Virus record (IMG/VR): IMGVR_UViG_2061766007_002263
From: a virus
Taxonomy: Duplodnaviria; Caudoviricetes
Strand: one strand, 5' to 3'
Length of the DNA: 64,000 bases
The position numbers and the translations under genes are program-made. This document shows, one piece after another, positions 39,154 through 48,106 of this stretch; position 1 is the first letter of the stretch; every line of letters begins with the position of its first letter. Below the pieces are notes generated by a model, which did not search any database, had not been told where the DNA came from, and was given only the letters and a program-made list of their open reading frames with translations.

Positions 39154-40116
39154 TTAATTGTAGTAATCAAAAGTTTCACCACAAAGCTGAAGCGCGGTGG
39201 ACACATGGCTTTCAGTAATCCCGTTGCTCTCATGCATATCCGCGATTGTTCTCGCAACTTTTATGATTCCACGTTTTACAAGAGCGGAAATACCTTTTAT
39301 TTCACAATAGCTTTCGAGCATGGTTGTTTCGCTCTTTCCCATAGGACAATAGGTTGACACCTCATCCGGCGTAAGGTCAGCGTTCAGTTTGCCCTGCCGC
39401 TTATACTGGAACTCCTGTCCTTTTTTAATCAGCTCACGCAGCTCTTCCAGTGTCCGTTCAGGCTCAAATGTCGTATGCGTCTCATAGAGCATTACACGTA
39501 TCTCCATACGGTCAAGAAGCGGTCCGCTGAACTTCTTCCAATACTGTTCTATTGAACGTGCTGAGCAAATACAAATACGGTCAGAGCCATAATTTCCACA
39601 TGGGCAAGGACTTGTAACCATAGCCAATTGAAAATCGGCTGGATACACATAACATTTACCCGCACGGCTCAACGTAACTGATTTTGTTTCCAGAGGAACA
39701 CGAAGCATTTGAAGAACAGACGTTCTGAATTCCGCCACTTCGTCAAGAAAAAGCATACCTTTATGCGCAAGGCTTATCTCACCCGGTTTGCAGTCGATGC
39801 CACCGCCGCACATACCTTCCAGAGAAGCAGTTTGATGCGGCATACGGAAAGGACGTGGTGTTTTCAAGTCGTCAGGACGTGGTATCCCCGCTACTTCGTA
39901 GATTTTATTGACTTCTTTCATCTCGTCTGCCGTAAGTTCCGGCATGAGCATAGGAAACATCGTAAACATCGCGGTCTTACCACAGCCAGGACTTCCTACG
40001 GCTATAATGTTGTGCCGACCACATACGGCTACAGCCATAGCATACTTCAGAAAATCAATGTTTTTTCCCTTAAAGGAATCAAACTTCTTATCATCAGCTT
40101 TCTCGAACTCAACCAT
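39154..40116 (-). CDS. ComM/YifB-like AAA+ ATPase lacking the N-terminal domain
   Basis: Walker A GSPGCGKT, RPFRMPHQTAS, PGEISLAHKGMLFLDE, PCPCG, SGPLLDR, KVARTIAD. Confidence 0.9.
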   Translation of the reverse strand: MVEFEKADDKKFDSFKGKNIDFLKYAMAVAVCGRHNIIAVGSPGCGKTAMFTMFPMLMPELTADEMKEVNKIYEVAGIPRPDDLKTPRPFRMPHQTASLEGMCGGGIDCKPGEISLAHKGMLFLDEVAEFRTSVLQMLRVPLETKSVTLSRAGKCYVYPADFQLAMVTSPCPCGNYGSDRICICSARSIEQYWKKFSGPLLDRMEIRVMLYETHTTFEPERTLEELRELIKKGQEFQYKRQGKLNADLTPDEVSTYCPMGKSETTMLESYCEIKGISALVKRGIIKVARTIADMHESNGITESHVSTALQLCGETFDYYN

Positions 40117-40221
40117 AGTTTTTATCTCCCTATGTGTTTGATTATTATACTCTTGTAAATGTTCTATCCTTTAAGTAATTAAAAAAGTCGGCGGCTTGAA
40201 AAACCACCGACTTGCTTAGTT

Positions 40222-40851
40222 TCAATCGTATAATTCGCTCATCTTGTATAAAGATTCAACCGAATTATTTGGGTCAAGAATCTTGCGTATCTTGGCAAGG
40301 TCTTTTTCTGGAATAGCACGGTACAACCATGAATGTCCGTATTGGTATGGCTTTCCGTTCACTTCGACCTCATACATTCCGTATGTTTTCAGAACTATGC
40401 AGTCAAGCGTATAGCCATGTATATCTCGTAAGCAATTTTCAATCCATTTCTTATAGTAATTGTCAGAATATCCGTACTCAATCCGCGCTTTTTCCCAAAG
40501 TGCTTTGGCATATTCATTGGCGATTGTTTCTCTTTCGTCCTCATGCTCTTTAAGGCACTTTTCCTGTTCCGGAGTACCTGCGTTCATGTCGTTAAGGTGG
40601 TACTTCTCCCACAAATCCTCAATCAAGTTATACAACTTATTATGCTTAAAATATGGCTTGACAGTATCCAAACACTGTCCGCCAGCATGGATATCAGTAT
40701 GTTTGGAATTCCAAACTTTACCAGATACAGTAAAAGCTGGTTTATCAGTGTCCGCGTTTTTCAGCGCAACCTCCAGATTCACGACATTAATCTTACGCCC
40801 TGTTTTATGGTAATCAATTTTTCCAAAATCAAGTGTTCTATACAAATCCAT
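40222..40851 (-). CDS. hypothetical phage protein
   Basis: GGQCLD, WEKYHLNDM; motif 40875. Confidence 0.82.
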   Translation of the reverse strand: MDLYRTLDFGKIDYHKTGRKINVVNLEVALKNADTDKPAFTVSGKVWNSKHTDIHAGGQCLDTVKPYFKHNKLYNLIEDLWEKYHLNDMNAGTPEQEKCLKEHEDERETIANEYAKALWEKARIEYGYSDNYYKKWIENCLRDIHGYTLDCIVLKTYGMYEVEVNGKPYQYGHSWLYRAIPEKDLAKIRKILDPNNSVESLYKMSELYD

Positions 40852-40918
40852 AATTAAAACCTCTTTTACAAGAATTATAATCTTGCGAGTAATTTATCCT
40901 GTAACAGTTTGTTTTTAG

Positions 40919-42311
40919 GAGACTTTCACGTTCTAAACCTTTGGGGCTTTAGCCTCTAAGATACAGAACGTGTAATATATTTTAGGAACTTTACTATAAT
41001 TTTCCTAAAAGAAAATATTCCTTTTTCCACTAATTAGAGTATGAGTAAGAACGAAAATATCCAAAAAGGATTATTAGAATTAAAAGCAAGAAGAAAGACT
41101 CAGCAAATCAAAGTCTATGAATTGAAGATAAATGTACATTCAACCTCAAAGGAGGATTTTGCAAAATTCAATTCTATGTTCGTTCAAGCAAAATGGGTTG
41201 CAAATGATTGTATTGCTTCTGAGGATATTTTCACTTACAAATATCAAGAACATAAAAAGGTTATCAATTTTGACAAAGATGGAAACAAAGTAGAAAGAAC
41301 AATCAATTTGAATTCCGGTATACACCAAGACATTATTCGTCAAATTAAACAGGACATTGTGAACCTTTCAAAGAAGAAAAAGAAAGGTGGAAAAGTAGGA
41401 AGGCTAAAATTCAAAAGACAAGTAAATACTATCAATTTGAGAGATTTGAAAGTATTGAATTCGAAAACAGTTTCAATCCCAGGCTTCAAAAACTTAAAAG
41501 TGTACGGACTTGAACAATTCATCAGTATTCCTGAATTTGAAATTGCAAGTCCAAAATTGGTAAAAAAAGCTTCAGGAATATACCTAAAAGTTCCTGTATG
41601 TATTCCAAAAGAAACTTCCAAAAGAAAATCCACAAACAAAGAGGTTGGGTTGGATTTTGGAATCAAGGATAACATAACTACATCTGATGGAGAGAAATTC
41701 AACTGTAGTGTGCAAGAATCTGAGTATCTAAAATTTCTACAACGTAAGTTGCACAAGAAACAAAAGAACTCAAAGCGATACCATAAATGTTTGAATCAAC
41801 TCCAAAAAGAGTATGAACATCTCACTAACAAAAAGAATGACGATTCTAACAAATTAATTTCCTACCTTTTGAAGAGCTATGATGTCATCTATTTTCAGGA
41901 CGAGCAAATTTCAAAATGGAGAAAGTTCAACAAAGGATTTGCTAGAAACATCCAACATTCCTATTTGGGAAGAGTGAAAGCAAAGCTTGTGGAGTTACAA
42001 AAGACAAGTAGAAGTTTTGAAATTTCAAAATGGTCTCCCTCTACAAAATTCTGTCCTCAATGTGGTTCTCTAAATGATGGAATCACACTTTCAGACAGAA
42101 TTTTCAAATGTTCATGTGGATATCAATTTGATAGAGATGTTCATGCAGCAAAAAACGTAAAATTGTTTGGCTCAACTAAAAGGGCTGAGTGGTTGGAACA
42201 ACCCCCCGTGGACTCATTGGTCACTACTGCACTAGAATTTTCTGGGACAGCAAATCAAGAGGTTGAAGCGAAAAACGAAGCTGTAGTGTCTTCAGACATT
42301 CGGTAGTTCAC
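40919..42311 (+). mobile_element. IS200/IS605-family tnpB-only element; left boundary approximate
   Basis: left nested hairpin CACGTTCT...GGGGCTTTAGCCTC...AGAACGTG; right end GAAGC...GTGTCTTCAGACAT..GTAGTTCAC. Confidence 0.78.
41041..42306 (+). CDS. tnpB: TnpB RNA-guided nuclease family protein
   Basis: GLDFGIK, CPQCG/CSCG, DRDVHAAKN; RuvC-II YFQDE; closely related to 21992..23266. Confidence 0.92.
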   Translation: MSKNENIQKGLLELKARRKTQQIKVYELKINVHSTSKEDFAKFNSMFVQAKWVANDCIASEDIFTYKYQEHKKVINFDKDGNKVERTINLNSGIHQDIIRQIKQDIVNLSKKKKKGGKVGRLKFKRQVNTINLRDLKVLNSKTVSIPGFKNLKVYGLEQFISIPEFEIASPKLVKKASGIYLKVPVCIPKETSKRKSTNKEVGLDFGIKDNITTSDGEKFNCSVQESEYLKFLQRKLHKKQKNSKRYHKCLNQLQKEYEHLTNKKNDDSNKLISYLLKSYDVIYFQDEQISKWRKFNKGFARNIQHSYLGRVKAKLVELQKTSRSFEISKWSPSTKFCPQCGSLNDGITLSDRIFKCSCGYQFDRDVHAAKNVKLFGSTKRAEWLEQPPVDSLVTTALEFSGTANQEVEAKNEAVVSSDIR

Positions 42312-42841
42312 CGTCCGTAAACCTTTTTAGCATAATGCAGATTCACACTGTATCCTTTGCTCAAAAGCTTCTCGTGCAAAGTCTGTGGGTCGTCATATTT
42401 ATGATTGTTATAATACGCTTCGCCACGTTTCGTGAGTTTTTTCACCTCGAAACAGTTTACTCCGTCATGATGATACGAATGTATGTTGAATACGCCTTTG
42501 TCGTCAAATATTTTAGTCTTATAGCAAAAACAGACGTTAAGACCATTAAAGCCTTTGAATACCCGACCCCCATAATGCCTTCCGTCCCAGTTTCCTATAA
42601 AACCAGTAATAATATACGTGCTGCCGTCATCAAAGAAATTCTTAAGCAGAGACGATTCCGAATCCCAAGATGTTTCATTGGAAATACGAATTTCCTCTTG
42701 AATTTCCTCGTCAGTCGGTTCCCAATCGGTTTCCTCTGGATATTCTTCAAGATGTCGCTCGATACAATACTTCTCCGCGTCATCCCAATCATAACCGTCA
42801 TGGTCATTATAAATTATTGTTTCCGTTTTTTTCTTTCCCAT
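42308..42841 (-). CDS. hypothetical phage protein
   Basis: GNWDGR, HHDG; stop codon supplied by the IS right end. Confidence 0.8.
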   Translation of the reverse strand: MGKKKTETIIYNDHDGYDWDDAEKYCIERHLEEYPEETDWEPTDEEIQEEIRISNETSWDSESSLLKNFFDDGSTYIITGFIGNWDGRHYGGRVFKGFNGLNVCFCYKTKIFDDKGVFNIHSYHHDGVNCFEVKKLTKRGEAYYNNHKYDDPQTLHEKLLSKGYSVNLHYAKKVYGR

Positions 42842-42942
42842 AGAAATTCCTTTTGAATGTATCTTAAGTATTATAACCTTTCAAATCGTTTATCCTTAGA
42901 AAAACAAAAAGGGCGGAATCAACCGCCCCTTTTCAAGTATTG

Positions 42943-43416
42943 TTAAAACTCCTCTGGATTTATAAATTCAATTTCTGTCGTACCAGACTTTACCTTACCG
43001 AAAAGGTCACCAAAATAGAAAATACCAATTTCACCCGGCTCTATTTCTACTTTAGTACCTTTTTCATTGGAGCAGACGTCTCCCACTGTCGCAAAAATCG
43101 GCTCGTCAGAAGCATTCTTAACATAAAGGTAATCACTGAACCAATTTCCAAAATAGTCTTCCATAAAATTAAGATTCTTTTTTGGAAACAAATCTATAGG
43201 TTCCGAATCGTCAAAATACTGAAAGTTTTCTTTATCAAACTCTCTTACTTCTTTTTTCAAATCGTCAGCCGTTTCGATTCTGGCAAGACGCTCCACAACT
43301 TCCTGACCATAACCTATTACGTCATTACCAACTCTGACGTACATATCACCGTTGAACTCATTAGAAGTTAGAATCTTCCGTTCTTTAGTAACTAATACAA
43401 ACTTACCTCTTGTCAT
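42943..43416 (-). CDS. hypothetical protein
   Basis: RBS; motif 43444. Confidence 0.8.
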   Translation of the reverse strand: MTRGKFVLVTKERKILTSNEFNGDMYVRVGNDVIGYGQEVVERLARIETADDLKKEVREFDKENFQYFDDSEPIDLFPKKNLNFMEDYFGNWFSDYLYVKNASDEPIFATVGDVCSNEKGTKVEIEPGEIGIFYFGDLFGKVKSGTTEIEFINPEEF

Positions 43417-43462
43417 AGCATTAATCTCCTTTCGCTTTTTCTATTATAATGTTGAAGTGGTT

Positions 43463-43747
43463 CTATCCTTCCAAAGAATCTTGCACTTCCAATTCAACCC
43501 GCGCAAACGGAAGATTCGTTTTCAAATCCCAGAACTCATAATAATCTGGAAATGCGGAACAATCTACGTCAATGTCTCCAAGAAGTTCTTTTTTAAGGAA
43601 TCCTTTGTCAGCGCAAGCGTTCAGAATGTCGTTAGCAGAAGCGTCCTCACTTACTTCTATAGGATTGCCGGTAAACTTGCCGACATTGTTCACTTCAAAA
43701 TCATCCTCATTTCCCCAAACGTCATAGACACAAAAAATGTATTTCAC
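43463..43747 (-). CDS. hypothetical protein
   Basis: GTG start, AAGGAG RBS; motif 43773; Gly-stop inside motif 43444. Confidence 0.75.
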   Translation of the reverse strand: MKYIFCVYDVWGNEDDFEVNNVGKFTGNPIEVSEDASANDILNACADKGFLKKELLGDIDVDCSAFPDYYEFWDLKTNLPFARVELEVQDSLEG

Positions 43748-44009
43748 GAACTAATCTCCTTTAGAGTTTTTATTATAGTGTTAAGAACATTCTATCCTTC
43801 GAAAATTGAACATGGCTCTAAAAAGGGTTTTTATAGTAAGGTGGCAAGAAAAATGCCACATCTTTAGTGTGGCGTATGAATTGCTACATCTAATAGTTAT
43901 GAAGCCCCGAAAAAAAAAATCCATTAAATTGCCAGAAAAAAAACGCATTAAAACCTTAGAAAAAAATCTTAAAGGATAACTCAAAAAAATCAGTATAATA
44001 TACTTTTAC

Positions 44010-44417
44010 ATGAATGAAACATTAGAGAAAAGCATTTCCAAAGTATCAAGAAGATTTTGTGAAATCTTCTATTGCAAAGAAAAAGAGCCGCCCGTAATGG
44101 AAGACGGATTCGTTACCTTATCATTTGTACCAGTCAACGACATTACAGACGCTACCATTAAATTACAAATATGTAAAAAAGGTGATTTTTACTTGCGCTT
44201 AGATTGTGGAACTCATTCCTACATGGCGTTTGCTGGTTGGACGGATGATTCGGACAACGATGAGACTATCCAAAAAATGGTTGCAGGAATTTTTGATTTT
44301 TTCTATAATTATACTACAGATGAAAACATCATAGGGCTGGTTCAATGGATAAAATGCACTGGTGCCTCGCCAAGTCTGATTTCTGCGATAAAAAAACTTT
44401 TAGAAAACATTTTTTAA
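44010..44417 (+). CDS. hypothetical protein
   Basis: plus-oriented motif at 43974. Confidence 0.75.
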   Translation: MNETLEKSISKVSRRFCEIFYCKEKEPPVMEDGFVTLSFVPVNDITDATIKLQICKKGDFYLRLDCGTHSYMAFAGWTDDSDNDETIQKMVAGIFDFFYNYTTDENIIGLVQWIKCTGASPSLISAIKKLLENIF

Positions 44418-44472
44418 TTGAAATATTTAATATCTCCATAGATTTTAAAATACTTGAAGGAGAAAATAATTT

Positions 44473-44898
44473 ATGAGTAAAAAAACTGATTATCTTACTG
44501 CGGACGAAGCAATCGGATTTCTTTCGTTGCTGAATAATTCAGCAGTTCAGAATTACATTAAAGAGCATGTCGAACTCGGAAATGTAAAAGATACTTTGGA
44601 AATAATCCCATGCAAAGAAAGCGATGCGATTCCTGAGACATACGCGGCACAAGGTGAGACGAACTCATGCATTATGTATGATTCTTCATCCTCCGACTAT
44701 ACAGTGGATGATGCCGAGAAAGCAATAGACGAGCTGTTGAAATATCTCAAGAAAGTTAAAGCACCAGTAAAGCTTACATCGCACGAGGATAACTTCTACT
44801 TCCTTGAGACGAATTATACCAAGATTCTGGACTGGGAATCGACATACACAAAAAGCTCCGAAAAAAAAACTAAGGATAACGTAGAAAAAACACTATAG
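44473..44898 (+). CDS. hypothetical protein
   Basis: AAGGAG RBS. Confidence 0.75.
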   Translation: MSKKTDYLTADEAIGFLSLLNNSAVQNYIKEHVELGNVKDTLEIIPCKESDAIPETYAAQGETNSCIMYDSSSSDYTVDDAEKAIDELLKYLKKVKAPVKLTSHEDNFYFLETNYTKILDWESTYTKSSEKKTKDNVEKTL

Positions 44899-44929
44899 TA
44901 TTCCTACCGTAAAGGAGTATGGGGAAAAC

Positions 44930-45991
44930 ATGAAGAAAAAAAATATCGCTATTTGTCTGATTTTACTGAGCCTCTGTGCGTCCGTGTTCGCAAAGCACGT
45001 TGTCTTGGAACGTGACGTAAACAACCACGTGGAAAGATACTACGACAAGACATGGTTCTCTGAGCAAGGCAAAGTAAGGATACATCTGAACGAGTTCTCT
45101 ACTGCCGATGGCAAGCGCAAGTTCGGATGGGCTTATGCCATAGAATCGGACATAGTAGACACGGTAGCCGACAGCTCGCTCATTGCGCTCACTGGCGAGG
45201 ACGAATGCCCATTAATGTACTACGTCGCAAACGGCAAATTTTACATAGGATACGTCTGGACTGGAAGCTATGAGACCGAGATTATTCCTGTACACTCGTT
45301 CTATGAGTTTGACGAAAAAGACGGCTACGATATATATTTCATGTTCGCATACGCTTCAGCGGTAGATTATACCCTTACATACGGAAACAGTATCCATTTC
45401 AGAGAAGTCTACGACAACAAGGGCGTATCCAAGTTCACCACTGGGGAAACACCGGAACTCTCGTTCCGCACGTCCGATTTCCCCGACTACGTAAAATACT
45501 CGGAATACAGAGTTACTAACGGATGTATCAACGGCAACAAGGTCTGGCTTGACGGCGAGTGGCGTGACATAACAAGAAATCCTTATAGAGACCAGTTCGG
45601 AATCCTCTGGGAGTCGTTCACCGACATCACTGGTTTCCACGTGCATTGTACCGAAAGCAGATACAAAGACCGCTGGTTTGAGCCGGCTGTGTTAACTTGT
45701 ACATTCCGTACCGTAGACATGGTGCTCGTAAGGGAAATGTCGAACGGCAGCAGTGAAACCGCCGGAAAAAAAATCTTTGAGAACCTGAAAAAATATGGGC
45801 TGTGGAAATCACTGGAATGTATGTACCTTGGAGACGGAACTACCGTAGGTGAATGGGGTCCGAACGAAGGTATAATCACATGCTGGTATGAGCCGTTCAT
45901 GCGGTACGGAAACATGCAGGACGGATTGAAAGACGTGGTTCAGAAAGACCAGCTCATAGATTTCCAGAAAGTCTCCGTAATAAGAAACTAA
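44930..45991 (+). CDS. exported protein with signal peptide
   Basis: MKKKNIAICLILLSLCASVFA; plus-oriented motif at 44874. Confidence 0.82.
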   Translation: MKKKNIAICLILLSLCASVFAKHVVLERDVNNHVERYYDKTWFSEQGKVRIHLNEFSTADGKRKFGWAYAIESDIVDTVADSSLIALTGEDECPLMYYVANGKFYIGYVWTGSYETEIIPVHSFYEFDEKDGYDIYFMFAYASAVDYTLTYGNSIHFREVYDNKGVSKFTTGETPELSFRTSDFPDYVKYSEYRVTNGCINGNKVWLDGEWRDITRNPYRDQFGILWESFTDITGFHVHCTESRYKDRWFEPAVLTCTFRTVDMVLVREMSNGSSETAGKKIFENLKKYGLWKSLECMYLGDGTTVGEWGPNEGIITCWYEPFMRYGNMQDGLKDVVQKDQLIDFQKVSVIRN

Positions 45992-46039
45992 AGAATTTCC
46001 CCCAGAAAAAAAAATCCATAAAATCCCCGAAAAAAAATC

Positions 46040-46072
46040 ACCCCTCTAGGTTAAAAAACCAGAGGGGTTTTT
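46040..46072. terminator. bidirectional terminator between convergent blocks
   Basis: CCCCTCTAGG...CCAGAGGGG stem with a T-tract. Confidence 0.7.
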
Positions 46073-46142
46073 TATTTTTATGTTTTTTTGTTTCGTTTTT
46101 CGTTTTAAAAAAAACGATAAAATATATGTCCGGCTAAATGTT

Positions 46143-47324
46143 CTATTTAACGGAATTGTCAAATACCTCGGAATCTTCGTCGTCCGTGTCCGTGTGCTTT
46201 TCCTTATCATGCAAAACTGACTTCCGCTTCAAAGGGCTTCCGAAGTTGGACAGGAGCTTTCCAGTACGTCTTCCGAACAACGCAAGTTTTGACAGTATAT
46301 TCGCATAATATGCTCCGCCTGGTATGAACGCGCCGAGAGCATAAGTAAACGCACCGAACACAATACTTATACCCGACAACGCAAATCCCGCCGCTTTCAA
46401 CGCCTTGCATCCTTTCGCATTTCCTTTAAGGGCGTTCTTGAACTTGTTGTCTTTAATTATCTCGTCATATTGTTTCTGAAGGTCTATGAACTTTTCGATT
46501 ATGTCTTTGAACAGCTCCTCGGCGGTAGGGTCTTTTGTAGTATCTATCTTATTCGAGATTATGTCGGCTTCTATAGCCATAACCATACTGAGCCATTTCT
46601 CACGGTTCATTACCGGTCCGTAAATAAACTCCTTGGAATCAGTTACGAACGTCTTGTCCATCCAGTCAAGCTCAGGGTCTATCAAATAAAAGAACTGCGA
46701 ATATTTGCTGCTCGTTTTCAACGCGCCGAGTGCTTTGAGCACGTTATATTTGTCCTGTGCTTTGTCATAAAGGTCTTTGTCAAGAAGCTTACAGCCAGGC
46801 TTAGTTGATGCGTCCAGCCTCTTCTCAAGATAAAAGTCCTTGAACTCAGTAGAAAGCTTCTCGGCTTTCTCAGACTCAAGCTTTACGGCTTCCTGCTTTT
46901 TCAGCTTATATTCGTCAAAGCATTTATATATATCAACACGATTAACTCCTGTAAGCCGCTGAATAAACGCCATGATATTTCTGAACTCAGCGTCCGGAAC
47001 CATCTTTGTTCCGCATATACTTGAAATGTCCACGGCATTGGCTTTAAGCTCATTGTCCGATAAAATGTTCATAATAATGCCGAACTTTTTCGGGTCAATA
47101 GTAAACATTTTCTTCAGCTCATTCGTACAGTTTTTAATCAGATTTGTTTTGGTTACGGGGCTTGATGTCAAGTCTAAGGTACTCGCATAAAGCTTACGCA
47201 TTTCATCCACAACCATCTCAAGTATGCCGTCTATATCTTTCTTGCTGAGAAGATTTTTGTATGTGATTTTGCTTGCCTCGAACTGCCTGTGCAGATTGTC
47301 GCGATAAATATTGTTGAAGTTCAT
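46143..47324 (-). CDS. putative virion/internal protein with a C-terminal hydrophobic segment
   Basis: in the head cluster; AAGFALSGISIVFGAFTYALGAF. Confidence 0.65.
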   Translation of the reverse strand: MNFNNIYRDNLHRQFEASKITYKNLLSKKDIDGILEMVVDEMRKLYASTLDLTSSPVTKTNLIKNCTNELKKMFTIDPKKFGIIMNILSDNELKANAVDISSICGTKMVPDAEFRNIMAFIQRLTGVNRVDIYKCFDEYKLKKQEAVKLESEKAEKLSTEFKDFYLEKRLDASTKPGCKLLDKDLYDKAQDKYNVLKALGALKTSSKYSQFFYLIDPELDWMDKTFVTDSKEFIYGPVMNREKWLSMVMAIEADIISNKIDTTKDPTAEELFKDIIEKFIDLQKQYDEIIKDNKFKNALKGNAKGCKALKAAGFALSGISIVFGAFTYALGAFIPGGAYYANILSKLALFGRRTGKLLSNFGSPLKRKSVLHDKEKHTDTDDEDSEVFDNSVK

Positions 47325-47325
47325 C

Positions 47326-47658
47326 TTACGGTGTTCCTCCCGGAGTACCAGTACTGCCCGTTCCACTCGACGCTGTTCCCGGCGGGACTACATTTATTTT
47401 CTGGCAGATTATCGGATTGTTAAGGTCTTTAAGCAGACTTTCGGCACTGGATGCCATATTTCTGAGTTTCTGTATCTGGCTCGAATGCTCATGCCGTTCC
47501 TTTATGGACTCTACACATTCGTTTATGTTCCTTACGAAATCAGTAAGCCCTGACTTGATTTTTTTGTAATTTTCCTTTGTTAGAGCCATACTGCCGCTCA
47601 AGCCTTTTACGGATTCCATGAACAAGCTCATGTCATATATTTCCTGATAGTCAATCAT
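47326..47658 (-). CDS. hypothetical (putative internal head) protein
   Basis: position; N-terminal FMES. Confidence 0.65.
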   Translation of the reverse strand: MIDYQEIYDMSLFMESVKGLSGSMALTKENYKKIKSGLTDFVRNINECVESIKERHEHSSQIQKLRNMASSAESLLKDLNNPIICQKINVVPPGTASSGTGSTGTPGGTP

Positions 47659-48023
47659 TACTTATTTTTCTCCTCCTGTACGGGCTGCGTATTCTCCGGA
47701 AAATTTACATTAAGGTCTATGGCAAGTACTTTCTGCTTCAAATCAGTCAGAGCCTTGATGTCGTCCTGCTTCTGCTGAACCGTAAGATTCTTGGCTTTCG
47801 AAACACTTATGACTTTAATCATGTTGTCAAGCTGCTTTATTATCGCGGTCCTCTGCTTCTGAAGTTTCTTCAAATTGGAAGCCGGGGAGCCGAACTTGGC
47901 AAGTATGCTTTGTATTATACCGGCTTCTTCAAGCCTGTATACATAAGCGTCTTTCTGAAGCTCATTCATTCTCTCCATATATTTGTTGATTTTATCAATC
48001 TGGGATTCAGTTATTTTCTTCAT
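47658..48023 (-). CDS. hypothetical (putative internal head) protein
   Basis: MKKITES; ACTAATTA immediately upstream. Confidence 0.7.
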   Translation of the reverse strand: MKKITESQIDKINKYMERMNELQKDAYVYRLEEAGIIQSILAKFGSPASNLKKLQKQRTAIIKQLDNMIKVISVSKAKNLTVQQKQDDIKALTDLKQKVLAIDLNVNFPENTQPVQEEKNK

Positions 48024-48106
48024 GTATAATTAGTGGCTCCGTGATGCATGCTTCACTTAGAAATCAAAAAACCGGACTCCGTATTGTCCGGTTTTCTATA
48101 AAGGGC

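Larger units (their letters stand above)
750..44898. promoter_or_regulatory. Dispersed repeated element GGATA-N15-TATAA(T), about 70 copies; putative phage early/middle promoter
   Basis: Reads TTATA...TATCC on the + strand with a constant 20-nt offset. Starts (including a few variants, mostly one base off): 750,1181,1924,2467,2830,3067,3524,3942,5213,5642,6233,6728,6801,7123,7583,8440,8708,9253,9916,10446,11206,11625,11956,12689,13141,13739,14413,15094,16025,16620,17137,17622,18065,18734,19110,19627,20090,20416,21381,23996,24891,25833,26275,26592,27305,27678,28582,29501,30448,31325,31798,32526,32691,33536,34297,34648,35250,35622,36033,36718,36841,37978,39088,40145,40875,42871,43444,43773. Plus-oriented copies at 3996, 43974 and 44874. 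Usually 20-40 nt upstream of an RBS and ATG. Confidence 0.88.

Noticed and set aside
23319-42331. TnpB guides targeting the phage's own promoters
   Set aside because: I found only short partial matches by eye (e.g. near 801 and 2794); guide 2 is simply the flanking gene.
750-43797. CRISPR array interpretation of the repeated element
   Set aside because: Only two short boxes are conserved, the intervening units are whole genes of variable length, and no cas genes are present.
750-43797. Canonical integron with attC sites
   Set aside because: No tyrosine integrase in the window, no consistent RYYYAAC/GTTRRRY ends, and most copies lack the hairpin. Kept only as an analogy.
204-43867. Numerous plus-strand and nested ORFs in the track (e.g. 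8810..9232, 39709..40158, 42335..42856)
   Set aside because: Shadows of minus-strand genes that have the RBS and promoter element; their composition is atypical.
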